Below, piece after piece: positions 1 through 14,879 of a stretch of 64,000 nt of DNA (positions are counted from its first letter, which is position 1; the number at the start of each line of letters is the position of its first letter). The stretch is from Lama guanicoe. Lineage: Eukaryota. The stretch covers positions 1,610,711 through 1,674,710 of the forward strand of contig MU054391.1 in NCBI GenBank assembly GCA_013239625.1. The letters run 5' to 3'. The position numbers and the translations under genes are program-made. Below the pieces are notes generated by a model. It saw only the letters and a list, made by a program, of their open reading frames with translations, ran no database searches and was not told where the DNA came from.

Positions 1-639
1 CCCCCCCGCCCCCCGCAGGCCTGCTGCCTGACTCACCGCTCGGCCGCCCGGAGCTGCGGGGACATGGGAGCGGGGCGCAGGCAGCCCCAGTCCCCCCTCT
101 GAGTTTTCCCGTCAACAGGGGCCCTGGCCCTGCCGGCTCTGCATCACCTCTCGGGCAAGTCTGAAGAGCAGGAGACCAGGCTGTCTGGAGTCAGCAGAAG
201 TGATCCCCGGCACCCCGCACCCGGCACACGCGTGTGTGCACACGCACACACATGCACGCTTGATGCGTGTGACAGGGGTGTCCACTGTGCTTTCTCATTG
301 GAAGCTCAAACAGGGACAAAAGCTGGAAAGGCGTGAAGCTGAAGCAGGAACCCCTTCCCGCCACAGCAGCAGGGCGGAGGCGAGGGCGGGTGCAGCCTCT
401 CCGGGCCCAGCCGGGGTCGAGCCGCGTTGGCACAGGGGAGCTGGTGGGAAGGAGCCGAGCCTGGAGCACATGTGTGGGGGGAGCAGTGCTGCAATTGTTG
501 GGGAGAGAGCGGAATGAATGGAGGGACGAGGGGCGTGGAGCTCCCTGCACGTTCAAGTGGGAAAAATAAAGAAGACTGCTACCTGTAAACACACAGAAGT
601 ACATTCCAAGTGAATTGAAGCGAAATTTGTTTTTTCAGT

Positions 640-815
640 TCAGAAAATAGAAGAGACTCTCAGTGACTCAGGCTAGAGAAGTGAGAAGCATTTTCTTAAA
701 CAAGATACAAAAACTAAACCTTCAGGAAAATTCAATAAACTTGACTACTTTGAAATTTTAAACTTGTATGTAACAAAAACACCATAAAGAGCATTAAAAA
801 CATGAGATTTTGAAA
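640..815 (+). mobile_element. Old L1 ORF2 fragment
   Basis: A-rich aataaacttgactactttgaaattttaaacttgtatg...aacaccataaagag. Confidence 0.5.
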
Positions 816-1134
816 TTAAGATATTCCTCTAGTTAACAAGAAACAGAAGTATCCCAGCAGGAAAACAGGCGGAAACGATGAGGAGGCAGTTCCCGGGGGC
901 CAGGGAGCCAGTAAGCGCTGGAGGAGGGCCCGGCCTCCCTGGGATCGCAGGAGTCCAGCGAGACAAGACCGCCCTGCGTCCCCGTCACCTCGGCAACAGC
1001 AGTGCCAGCAAGGGCCGCACGGGTCCCAGCCCGTGCCGTGGGGGCGCCTGACCCCAGCGGCTGCCTCGCAGAGCCACTTAGCAACAGCCAGTAAAATAAA
1101 CACTGGTGCTGCCTTCCACCTGACAGTTCCACCT

Positions 1135-1293
1135 TTTAAAAAAAATTTTATCTATTTATATGTTTATTCATTGGAGGGGAGGTATTTAGGTTCATTTATG
1201 TATTATTGTTACTTTTAATGGAGGTACTGGGGATTGAACCCAGGACCTCATGCATGCTAAGCACATGCTCTACCACTGAGCTATGCCCTCCCC
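1135..1293 (-). mobile_element. tRNA-Ala-derived SINE (Vic-1-like)
   Basis: Reverse complement of A box TAGCTCAGTGG and B box GGTTCAATCCC plus an A-rich tail. Confidence 0.85.
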
Positions 1294-2091
1294 ACCACAA
1301 TTCCACTTTTAATCACATGCTTAATAAAACTCTTGTACGTGTGCATGAAGATGTGTTCAAGAATGTTTGTGCTGCCTTATTTGTATTAGCCACAAATTTT
1401 ATTAAAAACACTCACATCCAAAGCAGTTTAAACACGTGCCCAAGAGCCGCGTCCATCGGTGTGGGTGAACGTCCAGAACAGCACTGAGCAGGGTGGCGAG
1501 GCGCAGAGGCCGCCTGTATCGCGCCCACTTGATCTGCCTGCGAGGGGCGGGCAGCCCCTCGGCCACCCCTCTGCAGTCAGGAGGGCCCTGGACACCTGGA
1601 ACTACTCGGGGCAGCAAAATCCACCTTGAGCAGGCTCACCAGGTGCCAGCCCCGGACGTTCTGCCCATTGGTCCCTGCACCCTCCCTGCCCGGCCCCCGA
1701 CTCTCCCACTTCCCGTGTGGAGGGGAGGCAGAGAAATTCCTCTTCTCCCTGTTTCTTCTCTCAGACCAGAAGGTGATCCAGATCTAACTTAGAGGTTGGA
1801 GGCGCTGTGCCAGCCCCCGCTGGTCCTGAGCTGCAGTGGCCAGCAGGGAACAGAGTGAGTCCTCAGATAGCCCACGAGGGTGGGCGGGGGGCCTAGACTC
1901 CCTGCACGGGCTGTTTGCTGGTAACTGTCCTGAGGAAGTAGGTCCGTCTGACTCCTGGGAGCTTGCTGCCAGGGTAGTGTCAGTGTGTTTAGAAATGACT
2001 GCACGGCATTCGATATTAATCAGAAAATGGCGCCACCGAATAACGGCACGTGTGGTCCAGAGAGGCTGTTATCCAGGTAAACCTGCTGTAG

Positions 2092-2400
2092 CAGTCGACC
2101 CTCAGCGTCTGTCGGGGCTCGTTCCAGGACCCCGCGGATTCAAACTCCAAGATACTCAGGGCTTCGGGGTGGAATGGCGTGGTGTTGCATGTAGCTCCCA
2201 CATCCTCCCGTGCACCTTAAAGCATCTCTAGATCACGCACAGTACCCAGTACAATCTAAGTGCTAGGGACATCTTTGCGAGTGCACAGCAGATTCAAGTT
2301 ACGCTTTTAGGCAGTTTCTGGAATTTTTTCCCTGGGTATTGTCCATCTGGGGTTGGTTGAACCCCCGGCTGTGAGCCCCATGGATACAGAGGGCCCGCCA
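2092..2400. mobile_element. MER2-like (Tigger family) DNA transposon relic
   Basis: cagtcgaccctc...gttccaggaccccgcggat...catcctcccg...tctctagat...ggttggttgaac...catggatacagagggcc. Confidence 0.7.
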
Positions 2401-3859
2401 CCCTCAGACGCCGGGGGATTCTGCTGCAAGAAAACGTCATGGGAGCAGAAACGGTCCTGCTCTCTACTTCCAGTTAGGAGAGGAGTCAGTTGTTTAAAGA
2501 CTACGTTTACTTAAAAAAATGAAAAAGATGGTAGGTTTTTGCTTCATTTTTAATAGTGATCTAGTTTGAAATACAGAAAACACAATTTAGTATAAAAATC
2601 ATAGCAAGAGCTGGTCTTTATATATGATACCTTTACTATTTTTAATCATTTATGGGGCACTTCATATTTGCAGAGTACTGGCAAATAATTTTATTACACA
2701 TTTAAATGTTTTATTGGTGGTAGGTGTCTGTATACAGTGGATACAAAATAAGACAGGAGCCTTTACTGTGTAATAAACATTTCTTATTTGTTTCAAAAAC
2801 ATGTAACTATCCATGCTCACATTTTCTCACTAATATATTTTTGCTCGCATGCATCCTTTCCGCCTGTGAGGTCCGTCGGGGAGCTCACAGGCAGGGCTCA
2901 CGAGGGAGGTACAGTGTTGGGGGCCCTCACCTCCCCAGGAGAAACCCTCTTCCCTCGTGATTTGTGCCATACTTGGTACTTGGGACACATCTGCACTTGG
3001 TACAAAAACAATGTACTGGTTCAACAGGCGCTAATTTGGTCCATGCGTATCAGGCGACAGTCAGGGTCCTCGCGTCGGGCAGAGGTGGGTGAGCACATCG
3101 TCCACGTTCAGACCAGACGTGAAGGTCCCGCCTGCAGGGTGCTGTTCCGCTAGGTGTGCGGCCTGCCCTTTGATCACAGCCTCTGTCTCCTCGTTTTGTA
3201 GACAGTGTGTTCTTACTTCAGAAGCACTGAAGAGAAATGGTTTGCGTGACCACTGTCTGTTAACATTTGAGTGTGTGTGTGGAATGCGTCTCTGATGTGG
3301 ATACGTACACGCATTTGTGTGCAAATACCCACAGAATCTCCCATTGTAGATGAGCCATAAGCAGACGGGTTTGGACGGCGGGGTCCAGTGCGCGAGGGTG
3401 GATACAGCCCTCCGGGACCCGCTGCTGGTTGAACCTGCAGACGCAGAAGCACAGATTGCAGAGCTGACTGTGGGCTTGCGGTTCTGCGGGTCCTGGACCA
3501 GCCCCCTTGGGCTGTTTCTTTCTGAGAAACCCTAGGAGGAGGGCACTGGGTCAGGGTGGGGGCAGTTCTGAGCCTGGCGCTGCACGCTCAGTTGCTTTCC
3601 AGAGAGGGCGTAGCAGCCCGCCTGCCAGCACCGTGCCAGTGACTTGCTTTCATGGCCCTTGTCTGCTGTGACCTGTTTCTTTTTTAAAACTTGTTTTTCC
3701 TCATTATTTAGGCTAACAGTGGCATTTGCTCTTTTTTTTTCTTTTTTTGGCTATCGGAGATCAACCTACAAAACCACTCATTTTATAGCCACATGCAGAT
3801 CTGACAGGCGCAGACACCCACATTCCACACGTAGTGGAAGGCCAGGCACTTGGCTGTGA

Positions 3860-4216
<357 letters not shown>

Positions 4217-4454
4217 TGACCATCACCTGGGGACGCGGGCGGGCCATCAGTCCTAGAAACTGCCGGGTGCGGAGCGGGGCTGCGAAGGGCAGGGCGCCTC
4301 CGGTGAAAAGGAGCCGCTGCAGGGTCCTAAAACCCCCCTTCCCTGTGGGGTGCTCCGACTCTGCTTCCCACTGTGTGGGGACCCCCCCAGGGCCATGCAG
4401 GCCACCAGATTCTCCAGAACCTGGGGGGACTCCCATGTTAGGGCCAAGCTCTGA

Positions 4455-4754
<300 letters not shown>

Positions 4755-5720
4755 TGACGTCCTCGTCCTGCGTCCACGCAGAGTGACCTCCCTCTGTCTG
4801 CTGAGCGCACTGGTCTGTCCGTTTCGCAGCCACTTCTCATGCACGTGCTGTGTCAGCGCTAAGTGTGGTGTAAGGACCAGGCGTAGACGTTCAGACTTTG
4901 TGACTCTGCTCCAGAGTCAAAGGTAATGTTGTATCACGACCCAGTGCAAAAACACACGGAAATGAGACAGAAGCGTTCACGCAGCAGGACTTACTCGGTG
5001 CCGTTTCCTCCCAGGCTCTGTTCTGAGCTGTGTGACTTATTTGAAAATCTGGCTGCGGAAGGGTCATAGCCATCCTTCGGAACCGCTGGGCTGCAGCGTG
5101 GGGTGGCTGTCTGAGAATGGCAGGAAGTAAGAGCTGGGGAGGGAGGGGGCGACAGCCTCCTGGAGCAGCCCTGAGGCAGAATGAGCGTGTCTCAGTAGAG
5201 ACCCTTATAAATACGTCCTACAGCCGTCGAAAGTCTGCGCTAACGTGAAGTAGTTCTGGAAGGACTTCTGCTGAGAGCAGCACAAGCCTGGTCACTGGAA
5301 GCCGGGCTCTGTCGCCAGGCGCCCTGTTAAATCCGGCTCCTCCAGTGGCTCCTGTGTGCCCTTGGGCTAGTGACTCAGCGTCTCTGCCCCAGTGTCTTCA
5401 TCAGTGCCGAAGGGCCGGTGGCCAGGCTTCTTCCCGGGGTGCCGTGAGGATTGAGTGTGGTCCTGTGCGCCAGCTGCTCAGCACAGCGGCTGGCGCAGTA
5501 GTTACCATGGTGGCCGTTTTCTCGTCCTGCTCTTAACTCACGAGTGACGCCCTGTAGATTCCTGCCGTCTTCTGTAAGATTGCCGGTCAGCGTCTGTCGG
5601 ACGGGGCGGTGGAGTGACAAAGAAAGGTCCCGGCTGCCAGGAAATGCAGAGCCTGATGGAGGGAGAAAATACAGTAACAGCACAAGAAAGCGCGAGGTCC
5701 TGATTAATGGTACTGGTAAC

Positions 5721-5855
5721 GGGGGAGGGTGCAGCTCAGTGGTAGAGCGCGTGCTCAGCATGCACGAGGTCCGGGGTTCAGTCCCCAGCACCTCCATCAA
5801 ATAAATAAGCCTAACCACCTCCCCACCGACAGTAAATAAATTTTTAAATATAATA
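5721..5855 (+). mobile_element. tRNA-Ala-derived SINE (Vic-1-like)
   Basis: gggggagggtgcagctcagtggtagagcgc...ggttcagtccccagcacctcca plus tail. Confidence 0.85.
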
Positions 5856-8689
5856 GTAAAGACAGTAATTGCTGTAGAAGTTTCAAAAAGTCAAATCAGT
5901 AGGCTTGTCTGGCCTGGGTGGCTTGACTGCATGGAGCGAAGCAGCCATGCTGTGTAGACAGAGTCAGGGAGGGGCTGCAGGGTCCCGGGGAGAACTGGCC
6001 AAAGCCGGGAGCCCCTGGGGAGCACGTGGTGCTGCCCGGCCTGGCGCAAGAAGGGTGGGAGGGCTCCCGGAGTCTGCGGTGTCCCCGCGGGTCAGGCAGT
6101 CACCTTTCCCTCCTCTCCCGGATGTTGTCCGCCTCCACCCGGTGCCAGGAGGCCCCCCTTCTCCACGAGGAAGTCCCACGTCCTCCCGGGCGCGTGTGGA
6201 GGGGACAGTGTCTGCAGGCTGTTCGGGGCACCCTCCTCCCGCTGGTGGCTCAGCGGAGTGCCTCTGCAGCTGCACCTCTGGCCGCGGGAGGGCCACCCCT
6301 CCATGGGTGGCCGTGAGCAGACGGCCTCCACCCAAGCGAGGAGGAGCCTTGCTGCCCCTCCTTGGTGGTTCTGCCGGGAAGGCGTTCAGTGCAGAGGTTA
6401 GAGCATGTTGACTGCGGAGGTTTGGGAGGTTTGTGTTTAATCATTGAGGCCCAACAGCTTCGGGAATCAAGAGGTGACTGTTCTCACACTTGTTGAAGGG
6501 GCGGCTGTGTTTCCCCTCAGCAGAGGAAAACGTATTTCTCCCACCCTGCTTGACCGTGGCCACCCGCTCCCCCACCAGCCTGCCTCATACCTGGTCGTGC
6601 TCGCGGGCGCTGGGCCGGACCCACTGCTGGTCTGGGGACCAGCAGCGGGGGTCGGTGTTTCATCTGGTGCTGACAAGAGCTCTGAACTTGGAGCACACAG
6701 GCCCATCACTCAGTGGCTCTGAACTACAGCGCCCTAAAGCACACAGCCACATGAGGACGCTCGCATTTCTTTTCCTTTTGAGGGCCACGTGAACTGTGTA
6801 TTCAGAATGACTGTTCACACATCCGTGGCTTCTGAATTTGCCGCACTTTGTCTAAGAATGACTACGAGACCTAAAAGCAGTGTTTCCGTGGCGGCCAGTG
6901 AAAGCTCCAGCTGCTCTCTGACCTCCAGCCCCTGTGCTCAGAGCATCACCGGGTCCAGGGCAGGGTGGCAGATGGAGTCCGGGGGACGTGCAGTCCTGCT
7001 CACGCCTCACGGGCAGGGGTTTGGTGGAGACGAAGCTGAGCCTCCTGTGAGATGAAGAGCGCGGTCCTGGGGTCCAGGTGTGGAGCTGTCCTCCTCCGCC
7101 AGCCGTCAGGACTGCGTCCTGGGGATGTGCAGGCTGGAACGCTCACTTCTGGTTCCCCCTGAAGCTAGACTGCGTTGGGATAGGGGTAAAGAGAAGACAG
7201 GACCTGCGCATCATTAAGCAGCTAATTTAAATTACGAAACAGACGTAAAGCTTGTATTTTAGCTAAAGCGTGTTAACATTCATCCATGACATTGTGCTGA
7301 ATGTTTACTAATTTTTCTTCTCGTTTTGTGGTGTAACAAGCACAAAGGAACGGTCTGATTCCTTCATTTCAGCTTGCAGTATGTAAGCAGAGCAAGTCGT
7401 TAAAATGTGCTTTAAAAGGGAAGCTGTAATGATACAGACAAATCAATAACTTTTATGAATGAGCTTTAATACATTTTATTTGAATGTTGGGCATAACTTC
7501 TACCCATTCAGAATATTCATTAGAAGTAATGAATCATGAGTAAAAATCATGAAAAAATTTAATTTTCATCCAAGAAAGGAAGAGTACTGTGGTCTTACGT
7601 GTTTCTCTGACATTTCTAGCAATTTCATGGAGCTAGTTTCAGCCTCTGCAAAGGATGGAGTGTGTGTTTCCACACACTCAGACTATCTTTCCATCAGTTG
7701 TTTGGAATTCTCGCTTTTTTCCCGGGAAAGATTGACAGCAGTGGTCACTGAACAGACCCAGGCCCAGAGGCCCCGCGCTGAGTCCTGCGTGGTTTGTGCT
7801 GCTTTCCTTTGACTCCTCCCTTGCTCGTCGCCTGGCTCTGTCCTCCCCTGTCCTGCACGCCATCCACCGTGTCTTCCCTTCTTTGCTGCACACGCGTCCC
7901 GCAGCTCCGGGCCCCGGAGGGCGGGTGAGGAGCCGCTGGAACCAGGCGTCTGCTCAGGCCGCCTGCAGTGGGAGAAGAGCTCGTCCCCAGCGCCGCTGCG
8001 GTGCTCAGCAGCCATGGTTGGGGCCGTGAGCAGGCAGCTCGCGTCTCCTCCTTGCCGTGAGGTCCCCTGTGCCCCGACGGGACGCAGCGGGTGTGACATG
8101 TTAGAGTGACACTTGGCCACTGAGCCCCTGTGGTCGTCACAGCACAGGCGCCGATAGGGGACGTCCAAGCAGCGAGTGGCTGCGGAGCCGGAGCCGCGGT
8201 GGCAGCCTGATGTCACGTACCCTCCCTGCCTGGCAGAGGGGCTGAGCGCGGCCTAAGGGCGCCCGTCCTGCCCGAAGCCGCTGCTGCAGGAACGGAAGCC
8301 CCGCCTGGAAGTCCGACCAGTCGGTTACTCAACAAAAATTAAAAATTTTTAAATGCCAAAAAAGAGTTAAATGCTCAGATAATTAACAAATATTAACATT
8401 TTTTCATATTTACTTCAGACCTTTTGGGGCATGCCCAAGCATTACCGATTCAGCCTTCCAGGCGCCCCCCTTCCACCCCTCCCGGAGCAGCTGCACGTGA
8501 CTCGCGTTTCCAGACCCGCTTGTCACGTTTCCGCCTCGCGCACACAGCGCACACCACACGCCACGGGGAGAACCGTAGGCGGTTTCAGCGCACATGAGGC
8601 GCTTGCCTGTCTTCATTTCACCTCTCTTCCCCACGTGTCCCTGCACGTCTCTGAGGTGTAACTAGGAGAGGCGTCGCTGGCGTGTGTGG

Positions 8690-9025
8690 CGTTCGTATTT
8701 TCAGTCTCACAAGGAATGGTCAAATGACTTTCCAGAGCAGTTGTACTGACTTACACCCCGAGCACCAGTGTATTGAAGGGCTTGTCTTCCCGCTTGTGGG
8801 CCCATAGGTGTGGTCGGCCTTCTTCCCGGTGGGGCTGAAATTCTACCTCTTGCTTCAGCTTCTTGAGCTAAATGTCCCATGTGTTCCCCGTGAGGAGCTC
8901 ACTCCTCCATAATCTTTGCCCACGTTCCTATTGGGTTATTTTTTGTTACTGATTTGCTGTTGTTCTTTACATGTTTAAGTTTTAGCCCTTCATTCATGGA
9001 CCTTGCACACATCTTCTCCCATTCT
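8690..9025 (-). mobile_element. Old L1 fragment
   Basis: ctttgcccacgttcctattgggttatttt...actgatttg...cttctcccattctg, typical of antisense L1. Confidence 0.5.
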
Positions 9026-9777
9026 GGGAAGCATTGTTTCTGCCCCTAAGAAGTAACCAATATGACCTTTTTGTTGGCAAACGATCCCATTTTAGGAATG
9101 TCTTCTTCTCGCGTCCACATCCTGGTGTCTCAGAAATAATGGTGCGGACTCACCCACCTCGGTCCTTGGGCTGTGCCAGGCGGGCTGGAACAGTGCAGAC
9201 GCCTGCGGGCCAGCTTCCAGACGCTCGCTGCTGCTGAGCACCGGCCCCGGGCGTGGCCGTCGCTCCGGGAGGCGTGTCCTTCAAGGAGACTCTGTGAAGC
9301 AGCCGACAGACCCTGCGCCGAGCTCAGGCCACCCGGGCCTCCCGTCCACGGTGCCGTCACAGGCCACTTCCCTGGGTCCACCCAGCTCCTCCCCCACCTG
9401 CTGCTGTACCTTGTGACGGGGACAGGACAGCGGCGCAGTCGGTTCACGAGCGTCTCCCCACGGTCCCCGCCCAAGTCATCTTTGTCCCTGAAGACGCACC
9501 CCTGTACCTCCCCACACAGCCGGGGGAGCGCCCAGCCCTCTGGACACCTGTCACCACGTCACCTCCCTGTGGGGAAAGCAAGAGGGTCACGGATGCCAAC
9601 TTTTTCTCAAAATGAAGTGTTTTTGTTCTAGTTTGCCTGTAATGTTGACAACTTCAGAATTACTCTTCCTGTCTAGGCTTCAAAATCCCTTTTCAAAACC
9701 CTTCCCATGGTTCCTCTTTTGAAAGCCGTTCCTCATTTGCCGTCATAACCTCTTTAATTTGCTTTTAATCAAACAGT

Positions 9778-9916
9778 TTTTTTTAATTTTTTATTTTTGG
9801 GGAGGCAGTAATTAGGTTTACTTACTTACTTATCTTTTAATGGAGGTACTGGGGATTGAACCCAGGGTCTTGTGCGTGCCAAGCAAGCGCTCTGCCACCA
9901 AGCTGTCCCCTCCCCC
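9778..9916 (-). mobile_element. tRNA-Ala-derived SINE (Vic-1-like)
   Basis: tggaggtactggggattgaacccagg...; ttaatcaaa flanks both ends (TSD-like). Confidence 0.85.
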
Positions 9917-11236
9917 TGATTAATCAAATTGTTTCTGATGTTGCAGTTGTCACACCGGTCAGGTGGCGTCTCCTCCTGGCGGGCTTGTGTTCAGAGGCTG
10001 TTGCAGAGTTTACGTCGTGGGTAATATTACAGGACCATCCCCTGTGCTTTTTACAAACGACGTGCTCTCTTGTGCATTCGTTACACTTGATACCAGTGTT
10101 AATACGTTATTTTTAACAAATGTTCATAGTGCGCAGTTGGGTTCACTCTTTAAGTTGTACGTATTCATTGATTTTTATCTTCAAAAAAGACGAAACGTCC
10201 CCTTCGGACAGAGCTACCGTGTGTCCTCCCGATGGGGTTCCTTCCAGCCCCGACGGCGGTGAGGGCACCAGAACCCCAGCGCCGTCTCTGTAGTCTGGAC
10301 CTTGGCATTCTCTCTCGTTGGAAAGGAGTGGTGCTGGGAATGGCATGTTAGGCACAGAGCTTGGAGTCGAGGTGCCCTGTCCAGCAGGTGGCCACGGCCA
10401 TCCACGTGGCTGGGCCGGCTGGGGCGCAGGACACATCTTGGTCGCCTTCAGTGTGTTGTTTAACAGATAACACAGATGGACGCAGCTTCTCTGGTGCTAA
10501 ATTCAGGTCTGTGTGTTAGCTTAACTGATTTGAGCTGTAATGACTTCATATGAATCTTACTTGCACAACATGATCCCTGTGGGTTCACGTGTGCGCGGGC
10601 GCGTGCCTGGCTGCCATGAGCCCCCTCCTGCCACAGGGCCCCAGGAGCAGCGCTGAATTGCCCTGTAGATAACCAGTCATCTAGGGCCTTTTGACACAAA
10701 TGCAGCATTGAGGGCGGAGGTGGTTTGGTTGAGGGCTATTTGATGGTGCGGGTGTGGGCACCATGATCCTGGTGGGGCGCAGACATCACCCAGCTGTGTC
10801 CCAACGATGGGGCAGTGGAAGTGAGAAAGACCGGCCCACGGGGGAAGGAGGGGTCAAGGGAAGCAGGTACAGAGAGGGTCCTGGCTCCAGGCCCCACCTA
10901 CCTGCAAAGTTAGACAGAAATGCGAGACAAACTTCCTACGACTGCGCCTCGTGGGAGAGTTGAGCCCATGACCCGTGGGCAGAGGATCCAGGGTGCCTGT
11001 GCTCTCTGCGCGTCCACCTCATCTGTTCACACACCTGGCCTCCCAGCAGCCTGGCCGCATCCCAGTCCCCTGTTCTGCTGGGCAGATGACCAGAAAGGTT
11101 GAGAGGATGCCACCCGCCCAGCACACAGGACAAGCAGGTGGCGGGAGGTCAGACTGTCCCCGCACCACAGAAAGGTGCTGGGCCAGCGGAAGAAATCCGA
11201 GTCTGAGAGCATGCTCGGTCACAGCAAACAGCCTAA

Positions 11237-11551
<315 letters not shown>

Positions 11552-14500
11552 TGACATTGTTCCGGGGGGCAGTGGGTGGCTTTGGCAGAGCTTGAGGCCT
11601 GAATCCTCCTTCGCGGTATTAGTAGTAAATGAGAAGCAGGATCACTTCTCCTGTGTAGAAATCACACATGTTCACACACCCACGCCGCCGCTGGGAGTCC
11701 TTAAATGCGCCAGACCCCCCTGCAAAGGCTCGAGCACCTGCTTCGTGTCTGACAGAGGCACTGAAGCAGTATTTAAAGAGATGATGGTCTAAGATGTTCC
11801 AGAATCAAAGCAAATTACACTGTATCATGACAGCTGCCGTTGGTGATTCTGACTCCGGGGCAGGTAAGGTTCACAAGTGCTTCCTGGATCCTCCTTGGCT
11901 GTGGAGTAACAGTGATGGGGAAGCGTCGAGCCGCAGCAGCAGCAGGTCAGGTTCCTCCGTTAAGTGACGGGGCGAGGAAGGTGGGGCTTGGAGTCTCCTC
12001 CTCCAGGCGGCGGGCCGCCCGCCCTGAGGCCCTGGCCTTCCGGCCGGACGTGACACCGCCTCTCCCGTCCCTGTGGCGATGCTGCGCCGCTTCAGGGAGG
12101 CACCGTCTGTCGTTTGCTCGGAAGAAGCCGGGCTCTTCCTTTCGGGAAAGGTTCGCCAACAGGCGGTTAGTCTGCGTTCAGCCAGCTGAGGGCATTGTCG
12201 TGGATTTTCATGTGGGGACATCACTCGTGACTGTCACGAAGTGGTCCGGGGCGCCGGCCTTCTCTGTTGTCTTCGAAGAAGGGGGTGACAAGTAAGAACC
12301 ACGCAGCGAAAGCGTGAATGTTTGGTTCAACTCTGTTGTATCCGTGAAGAGTAAAATGTACCTCGATGTAAAGTACGTTTGTCGCACTGCTGTGCCTTAG
12401 GAAACGATGGCTGTCACATCGAGGTGGCGGTGCCTCTGCCTCTGTCCCTGCCCGCCCTCTTCTCCGCGGGCTCGTCCACCTCTGGGTCCCAGGGGAGCTT
12501 TGCAGGCCAGTCGGGAAAGAGCCAGCTGAACACGTTTGTAAAAACCCATTTGCATAAATAGTGAAGCTGCGTCAGCCTGAGGTTGGGTCGTCACGGATGG
12601 GGAGGTGCCCAGTGTGGCTCTGAGTTCAGTGCTGTCCTGCCCTAAATTTGATTTCTGCAGCCTCTACCCACCACCAGCTTAGCCCAGCCAAGAGTACCAG
12701 GTAAAGAAGTGCCTTTTCAGGGACCCTTGTGCCAAAGGAGCCAGAGGGGCAGACACACCCACGTGCCCTCTGGAAGGGACGCTGGTTTGCGCTGGTCTCG
12801 GCGGGAGGCCACTAACCAGGCAGCGGCGGCTGGTGCGCTTCTAGGAAGGCTGAGGACCTTTTCTAAAAAGGATGTCCAGCAAGTGGACGTGCTCGGTTAT
12901 GCAGTTTCACTGGTAAACGAAGTTAAAAATGGCAGAGACAACAGGCATTGTCGGCCCTCTCCCTGCCAGTGGGCTGGGCTGGCCATCCGCGTGCTGACCA
13001 CGTCCGCCTCCCTTGACCCACATGTTCCCTTGCCCTGCTTCCCGGCTGCTCCGGCAGAGCACAGGCTGATTGTGGCTTCATCAGACAAGACGGGAGTGAT
13101 TGGCAAGCGGAGAGGAAATGGAGAAGCTGAGCATGGCTCCCGCTGCCCCGTGTCCTTGACGCACTCCTGGGCACGAGCAGAGATTTCCGGAGCCCCTGTG
13201 GTCAGGTTTGCAAGATCTGTATCTTGACTCAGCTCAGGTGGAAATTCGCACCTCTGGGGACTCCAGCTTGCATCCGTGTGAGTCCCACAACAAGGACTTG
13301 GGCACGTCAACCACAGCCCTCAGCAGCCCCAACCCTGCGTGAAATCTGATGCTCCAGGGTGACCCACAGGCCTCGCAGGTTGGCAGACGCCCCACCCGAC
13401 ACCCACGTGGTAGCCCAGCAACGAGCGGGCCCTGGGGAGTGAGGTCTGGACGCTGCACTCTTGGCATTGTGTGTTCTCCCTCCGTGATCTGCCTGGAAGG
13501 AAGAGAGCATTGCTTCAAGGTGTGAAGAGGCCGTGGCTGGAGGGGCTCTGGAGTCCCGCAGATGGAGGGATGGCCGTTTCCAGGTGCGACCCTGACTCCT
13601 CCAGCGGAGTCACCGGCCCGCAGAGGCCTCGAGCGCCCTTCCACCCCCATGGAGGAGGAGCGTCTCCACCGCCCCTGGGCCGCCCGGCGGGTTAGATCAG
13701 CCACCTGGCGTGGTGCCTGGTCCCTGAGTGTTTACTGTTCCTTCAGTGGCTCGGAGCAGCTCTGAGAAGCGTCTTCACCTTGGAAAACCTGTTTTCTCCC
13801 CTAGGAGACTGTGGTAGGGATGGGAAGGTCCCAGGACGGTCCAGAGAAAGCTCAGCCCTCTACGCATCCCACATCAGTCTGGACTGTGTGGGTCCCTGAG
13901 TTAGGGCCAGCCTCCAGGGGTCCATACACAGGATCCTTTGTGCACCACCCACGACCCGAGACAGGCTGACAGAGGGACTGGTACAAGCCTCCTTCCTCTG
14001 GAACTTTCCTGCAAACTGAGGTCCCCAGACCACCCATGCTGGTGTGGCCTGGAGCTCATCCGAAAAGCAGGTTTGGGGCTACACCCCGCATACGAATCAG
14101 AACCCAGAGTTTAAAGTAGGTTATGCATGTACACCAGGGTCCTCAGACTTCCGGGACTCCGGAGCAGGTGTCGGTGGGATGTTCTTGTGGGCTGCTGAAG
14201 TTTGCTGGGAACCCAGAGGCGTTTGTACGTGACCTACCAAAGGTGTCAGTTACCAGTTAGAACGCTTGCCCCGCCCCCTCCCCGGATAACTGCAGAGAGC
14301 TCGAAACTTGGGTTTGGTCTTTTTAATCATGAATGAGTGACAAGTTGCCTTTCTAAATACAGTCTGAGATGAGGTGGTGTCGGTGTATACGGAGTCAGGC
14401 TGATGGGCTATATGAGGACGCGGTTTTTTTCTTGGGTAGAACACAACCAAGAGTCATTTGCCCGCCCGCCCTGCTGTCCAGGGTGCTGACGGCCGTCTGC

Positions 14501-14879
14501 GTGGCTGGAGGGAGACTGCCCCTCCTGGAACCCGCACACACGAGCCCAGTACCCGCGGGCGGGGGCAGGGAGGGGTGCTGCGATGCAGCCTCTCAGCTCT
14601 GGTCACACCTGTCTGCTGACAGAACATTCCGGAACCGTCTCCCAGGCCACTTTCCCCTGGCTCCTCCTCGTTCACCGCCAAGCAGCATCCGTGCACTTTC
14701 AGATCCACTGCTGCCTCAGTCTTAGAATTTCAGAGAGCAGCTCGTTCTAGGACACCACTGAGGAGCCCGTTTTGGGATTTCCAGATGAAAACCAAACCCC
14801 CAGCATGTCTCAGCATGCCGCCCCACTGCACTGTCCCTCGCGGGAGGCCTCCCACGGGAGTGCCCGGCGACTGTTAGTC

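Noticed and set aside
10381..10395. CCAGCAGGTGGCCAC CTCF-like motif
   Set aside because: It mismatches the 3' end of the consensus, and such partial matches are frequent in GC-rich DNA.
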